This document shows positions 40,525 through 53,500 of a stretch of 64,000 nucleotides of DNA, piece by piece; the first letter of the stretch is position 1; each line of letters starts with the position of its first letter. The position numbers and the translations under genes were made by a program. The notes below the pieces were generated by a model. It made no database searches. It was not told the origin of the DNA and saw nothing but the letters and a program-made list of their open reading frames with translations. Source of the DNA: Vicugna vicugna (Eukaryota); the NCBI GenBank assembly GCA_013265495.1, contig MU058000.1:2170001-2234000 (forward strand). The letters run 5' to 3'.

Positions 40525-40921
40525 TGTTAGGGGAGGTCATCGAGAGGACATGATCACCTGTTGACCCTCAGGCTGGACCCGGGCAATCTGAGATCCTTGC
40601 CCGCTCCCCTGCCTTTGGAATGTACCTTCCACTTTCCTTCCCTGACCTAGAAGCTGCGTCAGAAACACAGCCTTGAGGAAGCGATGTTGAGACCATCTGA
40701 ACAGAATACATTACCGACCCAGGTAAGGCCTCTATGTAAACTTTTAAGATTCTTGCAGGAGGATGTAGAGATCTACCGGTCTTGCATCCACCCAAGACCA
40801 GCCTCCTTTGTATAAAGTTCCCTTGCTTATTAAACCTGCCGCCTGCCAGTCTGGAGTGACCTGCCTCTCTCTTTGGTCTCCCTTTGCCCTGTGTGTATGA
40901 GGGCCAGTTTGCAAACCAACA
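40525..40921 (+). mobile_element. Solo LTR, probably ERVL class
   Basis: tgttagg...ccaaca termini, ATTAAA at ~40830, and 5-bp TSD ttctc/gtctc (one mismatch). Confidence 0.75.
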
Positions 40922-40954
40922 GTCTCACTTTTGCTAATTTCTTTTAGTATTTCT

Positions 40955-41170
40955 TTCTTTCTCTTTTTAAGTTGAAGTACAGTCAGTTTAGAATGTTGTG
41001 TTTATTTCTACTGTGCAGCATAATGGTTCAGTCATACATATACATACAGATATTCATTTTTATATTCTTTTTCATTTTAGGTTACCACAAGATATTGAAT
41101 ATAGCTCCCTGTGCTATGCAGTGTAAAGTTGTTGTTATCTATTATGTATTTAGTGCTTAGTATCTGCAAA
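40955..41170 (-). mobile_element. Short L1 3' tail insertion
   Basis: ttgaagtacagtcagttt...acaagatattgaatatagctccctgtgctat. Exact 15-bp TSD tcttttagtatttct (40940-40954, 41171-41185). Confidence 0.9.
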
Positions 41171-42820
41171 TCTTTTAGTATTTCTGAGATAAAATTTTCT
41201 TCCCCATAGGACTCATAAATATTTGCTGAGACAATCAGAATGACAAAACCACTCCCAGAATCATCTTCTGCCATATTAGAGGACTCCTCAGATCCTCATA
41301 CTTAAATAACCATGAAGGGTCTGCTTTGCTAGCTTCCCAGACCTGCCCATGAGTCTGTATCCCCGGGTGAGCAGAACTCAGACTCAAGTCAGATACTGTG
41401 CTAAAGGGATGCTCAGAGCAGACCGGGCCTTCACATTTGGTGAAATATAACTTCCAAATAATTTTCAAAGTGCATGGAGATTTGACAAGATGGGTGATAA
41501 CTTAATTAGCAACAACTGAACTATTTTCATTCTCTGAGTCACATCAGGTATGACCTTTCAGTTTACAGCTTTGCACTGGCCTTTTCAACTGCGGAAGCTT
41601 ATATATTATGTGATCTTTAGCAGCTTTGAAGACAGGCACTCTCAGAGGAATGAGGAGGGGTGGAAGTAGCAGGTGCTTTGTTATTCATGGTGGTAGACTT
41701 GCTACAAATCACAGAGCTAGTGGCATGGCGTGAAAATCTAAATGACTGAAACCTGCCCTGTTCTAAATAATATATGCAAATTCACATTATCAGCTTTAAA
41801 GTTCTATAAAATGGTTGTTTTTAAAATGATAATTGTTTTTTACTGCTAAAATAAAAGCCCGTAATCAAAAGTGCCAGATGTCGCATAAACTCTTCAAAGA
41901 TGATCTCCCTGATTTTGATTAATGTATAGAAGTTTACATTGACCAAGGACATATGAGGGAATTGTCCGACAGAGTGCTGACTTGAGATATTTACAAAATT
42001 TTTAGTATTTATTTATGTATTTAAAGTTTATTAATTTTTTTTCACCTAATCTCCAAACTCTATTTCTGTGTTAATTATATTCTTTTAAGTATTTGGCTGG
42101 GTGAAATTTTTACATGACTATTTTAGTCCCGTTGGAAAAGGAGTCACATGTTCTTATTTTCATCTTTGGGAAAATTAATTAATATCCAAAAATATAATTA
42201 TTGTGCTTTATGTTGCAAGGACATTATGTTCAAAGAGAAACGGAGATTTTAGTTTGTAAATTTAACTCTATAAGACTGTAAAGGACATCATATTATTTGT
42301 AAAGTAAACTTAACAGTCACTCTTTTCTAGTCCCTTAACAAATGTCTACAAAAGCAGATTTAAAAAAAAGACTTTCTTGGTAATTACTATACATCTAAGT
42401 AAATGTAGAGAAACAATTAGCACAGAAAGCGCCTTCCTTTGTATAGAGTTTATTTTTCTCTTAGAAAATGGACAATTCACCTATTGTTGGAATGAAAATC
42501 CTCTGCTTGTTAAACATCATAATACCAACAGCGCTTCCAAATCTGTGGAAAAGGAGCAACAAGACTTCTTTGTGGTGCTCAGCAAACAACAGGCATGTTT
42601 GGTATGCGATATGGAGAAAATATATGTGAGGATGACTTTGCTTTATGATTGTGGGAAACAAGTTTTCAGATAAACATTCTGTAATAGAAACACAAATGAG
42701 ACAAGTATGTTTACATTAAATTAATTATTAAAGAAAAAGAAGAAAAATTCAGGGTTGCTGCATTTAAAAAAGTTATATATAGCTATATATTATATGAAAA
42801 TTATACATACATACATGCAC

Positions 42821-42828
<8 letters not shown>

Positions 42829-42865
<37 letters not shown>

Positions 42866-42869
42866 CACA
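42829..42869 (+). repeat. (CA)n/(TA)n compound microsatellite
   Basis: Directly visible. Confidence 0.9.
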
Positions 42870-44529
42870 CCCTAACTAAATAATTCAGAATAAGTGATTA
42901 AGAAAGAACATGCTTTGGTATAGGATAAGAAGTCCTAAATTATCCCATTTGGCTGTCTACAGTGATTGAATTACCTTGAAATTAAAAATGAAAAAGGAGG
43001 TTGTATGTTTAGTACCCCATGTATACTTAAAGTTCAAGTAAGGTAGAATGGAGATATTTTCAAATCCAATTCTAAATAGATTAAAAATAGACAGATTTGC
43101 TGAATTGAGGTTCAGAATTGCTAGAATTATTAAAAACAAAAAGCACTTTGGGTCCTTTAAAATCTAAAACATACTGATTCACCTGTACACTTTTGCTTTT
43201 AATTTGCAAAACCGTATTTTTGAAGGAAATTTAATCTTCTAATTTCTCACTTATTTCCACTGACATCATTAAGATGTTTATTTTGCAAAGTTAATTTGAA
43301 TTTTAAGAACCCTTTTGAACAGTCTAATTTGAGGTTCTTTGAATAATGTATTATTTTTTTAAACCACTTTCCTAAGAGCACTATATTGTGTTCTTGCCAA
43401 GCACAAGTGACCTTGAACATAAAAACAATTCCACATTTAGTTGGAAGAATTCAACTACAGATACTTTTTAAGTCACTTTTAAAGCTCGTAAAATATTTTC
43501 TGCAGCCTAGAAACATCACTGTTAATGGTGAGGAAACACAAGATTTTCAGCCAGGTGGTGGAATCCAGTACCACAGCGTTACCGATAAACAATGTTCATA
43601 GTCGTTAAAAAGAATCAAGACAACACTTCATATTTGATTATATGGAGCATTTTTGCTTTGACCATCTCACATTTTAAGATGCTATTCTTCAAGCTCAAAA
43701 TAGTACATGATTTTCTTCTGTCTGGTCTCCACACTGTCTTCAAGGCCTCCCTCAAGTATAGCATTTAACATCTTAACTTCTTTGACTTATTCAGCATTCT
43801 CGTCAATGAAATCTTATCATAATGGCATTCAGTAAACCTCAGTTTAACAACCGGGTATTTTTTGGTGGTGTACTTTTGTCTTCTCGTGAAGAGTGTAATT
43901 TCTTCAGGGAAAGGGGTTCTTAACTTCTACCATGCCTAATAGCCAGGCTGCTTTGATTCATCTGATGTTGGCATCATACCTTGATTGGAAATTGCTACTG
44001 AATCCAAATATAAGGATAAAACAGCTAAGTGACTTTAGGAAGTCTTGGTGATATAAAGAAGGGTCGAAGTTTCCACCTGGCCCTGAAGTTGTGAACTAAT
44101 TATGCCAAATAAATAGCTTGCACAACATTACAAGGAGGCCAGACTGTGTATGTGCTGCTGGTTGTTTCCTTGGAAGACCAGGGTTCTAGCCCTGGTTCAG
44201 CCTCTACGCACGTGGCCTTGACCGAGACACTTCATCGTTGTTGGGTTGCAGTTGTTTCAATTGTAAAATAAGGAAATTGGTCTGGATTTGTGGTTTTCTT
44301 TTTTTTTTTTTTAATTTTTTAAGGGCAAAGTTTCATTATTTTTTAGGGGAATACATGGGTTTAGGAAATACAGGATTCTTCCCTTAAATCAGGCAGGGGC
44401 AAACAAAAGAGGTGGGTTCTGGCTGTGCTGCCCAGGCTGGAGAGCAGTGGCTGCTCACAGGGGCGGCCCTACCACTAATCAGCATGGGAGTTTCAACCTG
44501 CTCCGTCTCCATCCTGGGCTGGTTCATTT

Positions 44530-45144
44530 TGCGAGTGAAAAATATTGCCTGCCGTATCAGTAAACAAAGAACATTGCAGACATCAGCCATCAGCCACTGC
44601 TGCCACCACCCCTGACGGTGAGCCCGAGGGAACTCAGGATGAAGACGATCAGGTGCGTGCTGCCAAGCCCTCAGCCCCTGCGTGGACCCTCAACAGTGCC
44701 ACCTGCGGAGACTCAGGATGGGAAACTGGCCCCAGAAAGCTAAGGTGCCTTTGGGGAATGATTTCAATGAACCCAGACACGTGCATCTTCCCATAGAAAG
44801 AAAAGCACTAAATTCCTCAACTTGAGATATCTGGGTTTGTTTTTTTTTAAATTAACAGTAATCATTTGATGTTCTGACTACCTGGTTGTTTGTGGGGGGG
44901 TTTTTAATTGAAATATAGTCAGTTACAATGTGTCAGTTTCTGATGTTGAGCGTAATGTCCCTGTCATGACTACCTGGTCTTGGTTGTAAAAACTCTCATA
45001 TATCCTGGCCCCTCCTCTGCCTCTTCGGAGCAGTCTCTCAGGGTGATCTGAGAGGCTGTATCCTCAGGCTTAGGTCCTCAGAAATGTCTGCCAAATGAAA
45101 TGTGACTCTCAACTTTTAGGTTGTGCATTTTTTTTCCATCGACA
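44530..45144 (+). mobile_element. ERV1-class solo LTR inserted into the 7SL retrocopy
   Basis: TG...CA ends (tgcgagtgaaaaa...ttttccatcgaca), TATA-like catatat at ~44997, and 3' motif actctcaacttttaggttgtgcatttttt. It exactly interrupts the 7SL homology. Confidence 0.8.
44887..44966 (-). mobile_element. ~80-bp L1 3' tail inserted in the LTR
   Basis: ttttaattgaaatatagtcagttacaatgtgtcagtttctgatg is the reversed L1 3' end. Exact 12-bp TSD tgactacctggt (44875-44886, 44967-44978). Confidence 0.88.
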
Positions 45145-47879
45145 CCTCCTTAGGCAACCTGGTGGTCCCCAGCTCCCAGGAGGTCGCCACACTGATGCCT
45201 AACTGATCTGCGTAAAACACCGCAGCCCAGAACTCCTGGCTCAAGGGGCCTTCCTGCCTCAGCCTCCTGTGTAGCAGGGGCTGCAGATGCTGAGGCTAGA
45301 TTTCTGGTTTCCAAGCTTCCTGACTAAGTGGCCCGGGAAAGAGTCTGCGGTCGTTCTGGAGCTGGAAGGGGAAGCTAAACTGTAGGACAATAAGGACAGT
45401 AAGGATAAATCCATCTTTCACTGGAAACATTGCATTTTCCCGTTCTTATTCTTTCAGAGAGGAAATGTTATTTCAAAGCTAAAAGCAAGTTTACAAATGA
45501 TTGAAACATTATTTGAAAAGCTCTTACTTCAAGATCAGTGAATCTAATTTTTTATCTTTAGTCCCAGGGAATTTGCTTCTAGAAATGTCCGTGTGGTTTT
45601 ACTCTCTGCTGTTCTTCCAAGCCTCCATGGTTCTCTACAAATAATCCTCTGATTTTGTACATCAGAACCAGGAGGAGGAAAGCTCACATAAGCCCTGCAA
45701 TGAAATGTGTCTCTTTATTAAAAAAAAAAACAAAAACCCAAAACCAAAGTAAATCAAGTGCTTATTCCTTAACATTTTTTTCAAATCTATTTTTAAACTT
45801 TTTATTGCTTTGCTGACAAACTCCTTTAATTAGGCTTATTTCTGCCCAGTAGTGAATTTACCAGTCTCTCTATACTCCATTGAATGATTTTGCTTCCCGT
45901 TAAGGTACTTAGGGATCAAGCAGTAAATCTGCAGTTGAAAGGGGATCGGTTTTCCATAGCTATTTCTCTGTTACAAACTTCCATTGCCTTTAGTGGTGTG
46001 GGTCTAAATTTGAGACACAAGAGAACGTTTGTACTTTTCACTCTTAAACTGAACTTTAAAAATTTTGACCACAACCTAAATAAGTACTAAGTTAGTCCAT
46101 GCTACATAAACTTACATTCCACAACCAAAAGAAACAAGAGTGAATCCTCTGAGCCTCTGTGTAGTTAAATATCCATTTGGCAACTCACAGACTTCTCCCT
46201 GTACTGAAAAATGCATATGACATTTTCCAGGGCTGTCACCGTACACTTTCAACAGTAGATTCACTGATGAAGACAACTGCTACAAAGGTGATGCAGAAAT
46301 ACTTCTATATCTCTTATTTCCTTTTTATCAGAACCTGCCACATCTGGTGATACGTTGATTCAGACGGCTGTGTATTACACACACGCTCTCACACATACAC
46401 TCACACATGCCCACGTGCACACGCACACACACAGATATCTACCAGTGTTATTCTTTCCATTGCAAACTCATTTGTAGCAGTAAAATCACTGACATTAAGC
46501 GTGGGAACTATTAATAGCACTGACAATTGTATCATAATAAATTAAGTTTATAGTCTTGAAAATAGCTTTTTATTAAACCTGATGAGCATCAATGTAACTA
46601 CATGTTTGAAAGGACACATAAATCCAGTCAAGGGTGTTAGGGTGGGAAGGGGACAGGAAGAGAAGCTGATGGAAATTACCTTGACCTAAAAAAGATGTGC
46701 AAGATAACACGGTAGGTGGATTTGGGGGTCTCTAACGAGTGAAGTAAAGTTGGTAATGAATTAGCCACAGATTTTGACAATCCATGAAGAATGCAGAATA
46801 CTGCTGTTACTGAAAGTCCTAAAGGTAGATGAGATGCAGTGTCAGGGACTCGCTGGAGAGGACCGAGCTGCAGCAACACCATTGTCTAAAGAACATCATG
46901 TAATGTAATGTTGGACTTTAGACTGACTTCGAACAGTTTTTAGAATAATCTCTCCTACTAATTACTTCTCTAAATGTAGACAAGCCTAGAGGAGTCCTTG
47001 TGGATAAAAAGGAATTAAACTTGGTTCTAGAAGGCAATAAACATGAGCAAGAAGACATTTAAAGAACGTTAAGAGGACATTCAGTATGATATAAGGGAGT
47101 TGCTTTCTAATGGAATCATACAAAAATAAAACGTGTTGCATTGTTCGGTAGTGAGGTTCCCCAGAAAGCAATCCCAAACAAGCAGAATGGCCTTTTACTG
47201 GCGATGCTGTAGCGTCCGGGCAATTGGTGCAGAAGCTGTTTTACCCCTAGGGTTCTCTGGGAAACAGAGCCAATCCGAATGCTTACCATCATCCCTCCCG
47301 GAGCTTCAGTTTCCTGATTTGTAAAAAATCAAACCTGATCCTCACTGGATCTCTAAGATCCTTTTCGGCTCCGCAGTTATGTAACTGTGATGTCATTGGT
47401 CAGTTTCTGTTGGGCCTGATACCCTTGTTTCTCCAGATAGATAAAGAGTTGTTGCCTCATCGGTCTAAGACCAATAGTGCTATGGATTCAAATTGATTCT
47501 GAACAGTACTTTGCTATAGCACACAGAGTGTGAATTTTTCTTTTCAAATGTGGGATTTACAGTCAGTTTTGTGAAGTCAAAGATTGGGTGACATATGATA
47601 ACTGCCACAAAGAAATAACTTGGGCCAGTGAAGCAGTCTCTATGCACACACACACACACACGTGTGCACACACACATATGCACCCACACATCTAGTTTGG
47701 ATGCAAATAACAAAGCTCTGTAACACATTTTGTCATTTAGGTACAAGCTATGAGTTGAGGCTGACGGAAGAGCCCCCAGAGAATAGTAATAATAGCAACA
47801 ATAACAGTTGTTAATAACAGCAAAGTAGGACCACTAATACATGAATAGTTAGTATTATTTTTATAGGGAAAAATCCTCA

Positions 47880-48262
47880 CATAGCATTTACTATATTCTG
47901 GGAACTGACCGTACACTTTACACATGCCAGCTCATTTTGATGCTCATGATAACTCTGTGCTATAGGCACAATTGTTATTTATATCCTTTTTAGAACGAAT
48001 AACATAAATACATAGAGAATAGCCTGCATTGTATTTTATTAATATGATAGGCCCTTTTAAAACATTTTACATGCTCCATACTCCATTCAACCTCCAGAGC
48101 AACCCTGATAGGTAGATAACGCACTTTCAACTCTATGATTGAGGAAACTGAGGCTTGAATAATTTGAGTAACTTACCCAAGTACAATGAATGGCTAGATA
48201 AAGCAAAAGGAAAGTATTTTCACAAGATCTATTTGACTCCATAGTCAGAGTTCTTAACCATT
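47880..48262 (-). mobile_element. Two tandem MIR relics
   Basis: gctcattttgatgctcatgataactctgtg... and gattgaggaaactgaggcttgaataatttgagtaacttacccaag...gactccatagtcagagttcttaacca (MIR core). Confidence 0.7.
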
Positions 48263-48473
48263 TTACTTGCAACGTTTCAAGGCTGTTCCTTTTCAGTAGG
48301 TATGGTAAGTCACTATCTGGCCATGGGAGAAGGTAACATTCAGGGCTTAGGAAGAATACTTTACGGTGTTCATAACAGCTCAAGCTTCTTCAGATGCCAA
48401 TGAAACCACTTCACTTTCTAAGGTAAGGTTCACGTTTGACCCGAGGTTGACGATCCATCGTTAAACTGAGGTA

Positions 48474-48552
48474 TTAGGTTGACTCCACATGAAATTGCTG
48501 GCATATGATCATTTCTGACCCATAAAAACAGCGATTTTGTAATTTAATTTAA
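48474..48552. mobile_element. MADE2-like mariner MITE (~80 bp)
   Basis: ttaggttga..ccacatgaaattgc...tttctgacccataaaaacagcgatttt..., with a degenerate right TIR. Confidence 0.65.
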
Positions 48553-49114
48553 GACACGGTCCTTCCAGCAAACTTTGAGCAATACTTTACAAACTCAATT
48601 AAATATTCATTGTTGATTGATTGACAAAGAAGAAGCCCGCTGGCAGCTAATTTGTAATATACACTTTGATTGTATTAGGATTTAGATCTCGTTGGCATTA
48701 TTACATTTAATGATTCATGATTTTAAAGCCAGACTTTGCCTATGCATTTACTATTTTTACATGAATGGTTCCAAACTATCAGATGCCAGGGGCTTCAGAA
48801 TTTAATACTTTTGCTTCCTTGTACTACCAGTCTCTACATACTTAATATTCCTGTTTTCCTTCAGTCAAGGAAGTAAACCCCACATATCAACAAGCAGAAG
48901 AAATGTGACAACCGCCTGGTGCAGTACCAATCCATGCTTTATACTACAAGTCCCCACGAGGAATGCCCTTATCATGCATTGCCTCACACCCTCATGCTGT
49001 TTGCTAAGCTGCTCTCAGCTACAAACACTCCCTTCTACACTCAACTCTGCAGTGCGTGGACTGAGGTTGTGCAAATTAAATTTCTTTCTTATAGATTGGT
49101 TACTTTTTAGCTTC

Positions 49115-49585
49115 TGCTAGTAGGGCAACTGGAGAGCAGTTGGATGTAGAGAGGGGGACATTTCTGGTTTATGATTTGCTGGTGCTGTAAGGATCATCAC
49201 AGCAGGAGCTGTAATCCAGCAGCAACAACCAGTACTGGTTTCTAGAAATTGGTTCCAGTTTCCAGTTCCTCCCACCCGTCCCAGAACCAGACTTGTGGAG
49301 CTCAGAGGACCTGACACCAGTCGTAGTGTTCGCCCCTCTTCAGAGATCTGAGTCCACCTTCAGGAGGTCCTTCCTCTTACCTTTCAAGTTCTAAATACTC
49401 CAAACTGTCCCCTTTACCCTCAGCACTAGAGGGTTTCTTATCATTACTACCCCTGTGCTCCCTCAAAGTTCTCTTTGCTTTTCAGTGTCTCTAGAAGCAA
49501 TTTGCTGCGTGATGCTCTGTCTTTTGAAATAACTAGTGTGATTTCTGTTTTCCTGCCTGATACTTCCCCAGTGTTCTGACTGAGG
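49115..49585 (+). mobile_element. Old ERVL LTR relic (LTR33/LTR16-like)
   Basis: 3' motif ttgaaataactagtgtgatttctgttttcctg...ctgactga. Confidence 0.45.
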
Positions 49586-50470
49586 TTACTAAGTTGCTTT
49601 TTTCTAGCATGGAGTAGTTTGTCCAAGTCCTAGTATGAAATAGGAGAGTGGTACCTGAGTTGAAATTATGTGTACTATACAGAAATAAATGTTGGCAAAT
49701 GGTTGGTAAACATTTGACGATTCCAGTATTTAGTATCGGTTTTGAATCACAAATTAGAAAAGACAAGAAACCAAACTAATTTTGATTAAAATACTAATTA
49801 AAGGCTCACTCCACCATCAATTGTGAAAAGCTAACTTCTTTAATTCAGGAAGAACTTCAAGGCTGATTTAACAGATCATTTTATGGATAGAGGATACTTT
49901 TTTGTTTGCATGAAATTGTATGTTCTATAAATCCACACTTGCATTTGATTTGTTTAGTTACGTTTCACTTTTTAAAGCATAAGCATCGGAAAGTACTCTG
50001 GCTGGTGAACCTGGTCACTAGTAATAGCAAATTATGTGTGTAATCTGTTTATTTCTTAAAATTAAAATTTCTCAACTTAAAGAAGGATAATTTTTCCTGT
50101 ATTATAGTGAATATTTCTTCTTGAAAAAAATCACTTTTATCATTTCCTACCCCCTTTAAACTGTTTCTTCTATGCGTTGGGGATTGTAGCCCTTTTTTTG
50201 CAGAGAGGCATGTAATTGGATGAGATATTCTTTGACATTTTTCCCTGAGATTTGTGTTTCTTTGAAGTGGGTATCTCACACAGTCTGTTGAAAAAAAAAA
50301 AAGTTGGAAACAGTCTGGATTTTTAAGACAAAAAAGAAACTTTTTACTTTTCAAAAAAATAACTTTTTACGACTCTTTAAGGGAGGTCTTTAGGTTGGTG
50401 TTTGAAACATTTAATGGTGGTGGCGGAGGAAGGGGAACCAAGAGCAACCACATCATTTTTTTTTCTCAGC

Positions 50471-50525
50471 TTTTTGTTTTTGTTTTTGTTTTTGTTTTTG
50501 TTTTTGTTTTTGTTTTTGTTTTTGA
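50471..50525 (+). repeat. (TTTTTG)n hexanucleotide repeat
   Basis: About 9 perfect units. Confidence 0.95.
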
Positions 50526-53500
50526 GAAGCCAGAGTTTATTTCTACTTAAACAATACTCAAGGAATGTTACAGTTATTCATGGAAGTCCAGATCTTTTTA
50601 TGTACTTTTTTTTTTCCTTTTTGGTACTTTAAAACTGTCAGAAGTCGAAGCATTGTTTGTGTCAATGCTCTTTCCCATTCATCTTTCCGGTACCGGGCCA
50701 CACAGGGAGACCCTTTCCTTCCAAAATGCTGAGTTTACTTTTAGAGACAGTGACAGCCTAACCAGTCCCTTGGATGCTGTGCTTAAAAAACTGGTCACTA
50801 CCCACTGACCTAAAACCCGCTTTCTCATTAGATTCTTCTTCCTAAGCTGTGCTCAGTAGCAGCTTGTTCAGCTCAGGTACAGGGATTCTGTGTTATCAGA
50901 AAGCTAACGTTTCACGCACACTCACCGTTTTTAGTCTCATCGCTTCCATTTTGGGTATTTGGTCTGTTTCTCTCCTCTGATACTGATGTTGAAAGAGCTT
51001 TATTTGGGTTTTGTTTATTTCAAGCTTGCAGGTTTTCTGGATCCACGTGTGAATTTATTATTGCCATTCCCCTGCGTACATTTATTCAACGCATCCTTAC
51101 GGATAAGACGTTAAAACAGGGTAAGGGAATGTGGCTGCAGCTACCTGTCTCCACCCCTCTGTTCTCTCGACTCCCACCCCCTACTCTCCTGATACACATG
51201 AACTATTAGCAGTTACTGGAACAATCCTTCTCCTTTTCCTTTACTTCTTTGCAAATACCACTGCTTCTTCCTGGAATATCACACAACTCATCTCTTCCGT
51301 CCATCAAAACACCGCCCACCCAGTGGTGAAGAATCAGCTCAGGTATCTGCTTTTCCAGTAAACATCTTATGAGTCCTGTGGGTCCCATAGCACTCTGAGT
51401 TTTCCGCTCTCATCAATCTTACTTCAATCTGTTGCAAATGATCTTTATGGCATTCTTCAGCTTAATAATTGAAATTTAACGAAGAGTAGATGTTATATAC
51501 AGATAGAGAGAGAGAGATACACTTTATAAACACAATTTTACAAAGGACCTACCAACCATAACAAGAAAGAAAATCTTCTCAAAACTTTGCCTTTAGTTAT
51601 GTGTTCTTGCCTCTCACATCTCCCCAGCTCACTTCTCGTAGGTAATCACTCACTGAAATTTGGTTTTGAATTTATCGTTTCATGTTTAAAATGACTTGGT
51701 CACACGTGCATGTACTCTAAAGATATTTTTGGTCTTCCTTGAAAATGATATTATAAACATTACATACATACATATAAAGCATATGCATACCCATACAGTA
51801 TATTGTGTGTATATATGTGTGCATATATGTGTATATATATGTTCTTCTGAAACTTTCTTCCTTATTCAACATTCTTGAGACTGGCATTTTTACATGTAGC
51901 TCTGAAACATTAACTTCTATGACTAAATATGATTCTATTGTGTAAATGCACTAATATTTATGTAGCTATTTTTCTGATTTCCTCCTCGAAAATGTCATTA
52001 CCATGTGTTTTCCAGAGTTCCAGTTGTCATGTTCACAATGAGGTTAGACTAGGTCATATGCCTACTTTTTTTTCCCCCTGGAAGCATTCCTTTAGTAGGT
52101 GAGAAGTGAATTATAGGCCATTTGATTTAACTCTGTCACCTCACATGCTCAATGGGCATTTTCAGTATTATTATTATTATTATCATCATCATTATTATTA
52201 TTAATAGGTTACAGTGTTTTAATTAACAGAAAGACCTCCCTTCTTCTAGACTGAGGGAGGCCCAGATCTTGAGAGCTTTGTCAATGAAAAAAATAAGAGC
52301 TTTTGTGGAATCCTTTGACAAGTATCAGGTGTAAATAACTCCAAAAGCAAATGTATCATTTCTTTAAAATTACATTTGATTCTTGGTCTCTACCCTGACT
52401 GGATGGCAACACTCTCTAATCTTAGGCATCATTAGATTATCCTTCTCTTTGTGGTTTCTGCCGATGTCCTACGCGATGGGACCAGAAGAAACCTTTGAGG
52501 GGCTCCTCTGATCTTCAGTCCATGCAGCTGCTGTTGAAATGTCCATTGTCTAACCCTGTATAAGCCCCAGAAATTCGTGTGGACCCTAGAAATCTGTTGA
52601 GCCCTCCAGTAAGTCATGGGTGTCTGGAATAGAGGCAGTCACGCTCAGCAAACGTTTTTATCTGTGACTTCACTTTCTGCCTTAAGTGAGGCCATAAGCT
52701 GGTTCTAACCAAAGGGCAGTGAGCAAAATAGAAATGTGTCACTTTGGAGATAAAGCACGGGCACGAAGGTGTTAACCCTCATTGTGGTCCTTTCCTCTGC
52801 CTCAATAAACAGGAAGCGTTGTGTTGAGACAGAGGACCCGCCAGTGGCTTGAGTTTCTGGGTCATAAACATTTGTTGTGACAGACAATTGATACTGCAGA
52901 ATTGTTTATTACTGCAGCTTATCCTGGCCTAATACACCTACTGTATTATGTCTTTTTATGGCTATAAGCCTATTTCTCTGGGGTCCAATGATCTTCTGCT
53001 ATCAGTTAGAAATTGCTTCTTAAATTTTTATCACTTTCCTGGACCTCTAATAGGAAATCTGTCATTAAACTCTACTCCTTCTGGACTCCATACTCTGAAA
53101 CACTAGTCAGACTTGGATATATTCAGTTCTTAGTATCTCTCCAAGCCAATCATGTCTCTCCCATCCCCTAAGACTCCAAACATAATCTTCATTTGCCTTT
53201 GCCTTTCAAAAAATGCCTTCTCCCAACTTCCCTTACATTTAAGGAACACACAGGCCCTAACTTTTCATTGAATCATGAAGCAGGAAGTAAAAATGGTTAG
53301 GGTGTTTTGAGTCAAAAGACTGAAAACTTTTTCTCCCAAAACCTTTGGATAGCATTAAAGTGTCATTCTTTCTGATTCCTTTATAGCAGTAAAAGTAAAG
53401 CATGAATTTGTACCTCAGTAAATCCCAAGGCCATATACCTAGAGTTCTTCGTGACCTGACCATGAATTTTGACATCTCACAGATCATATTTGGCTTATAA

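Larger units (their letters stand above)
44299..45295 (-). pseudogene. RN7SL: 7SL (SRP RNA) retropseudogene, split by an LTR
   Basis: 44405-44526 (tgcccaggctggagagcagtggct.ctcacagg...gggagttt.aacctgctccgt.tcc..cctgggctggttca) and 45145-45290 (cctccttaggcaacctggtggtcccc.gctccc.ggaggtc...cagcccagaactcctgg.ctcaag...gcctcagcctcc) are consecutive parts of reverse-complemented 7SL, including the S domain. Poly(T) at 44299-44312; TSD 44282-44298 / 45296-45312 (14/17 identical). Confidence 0.92.

Noticed and set aside
44405..45290. Alu-like motifs (gcccaggctggag, gcctcagcctcc) suggesting a primate Alu or contamination
   Set aside because: The 7SL S-domain sequence absent from Alu is present, so this is a 7SL retrocopy. 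It is interrupted and diverged, so it is not a functional SRP RNA.
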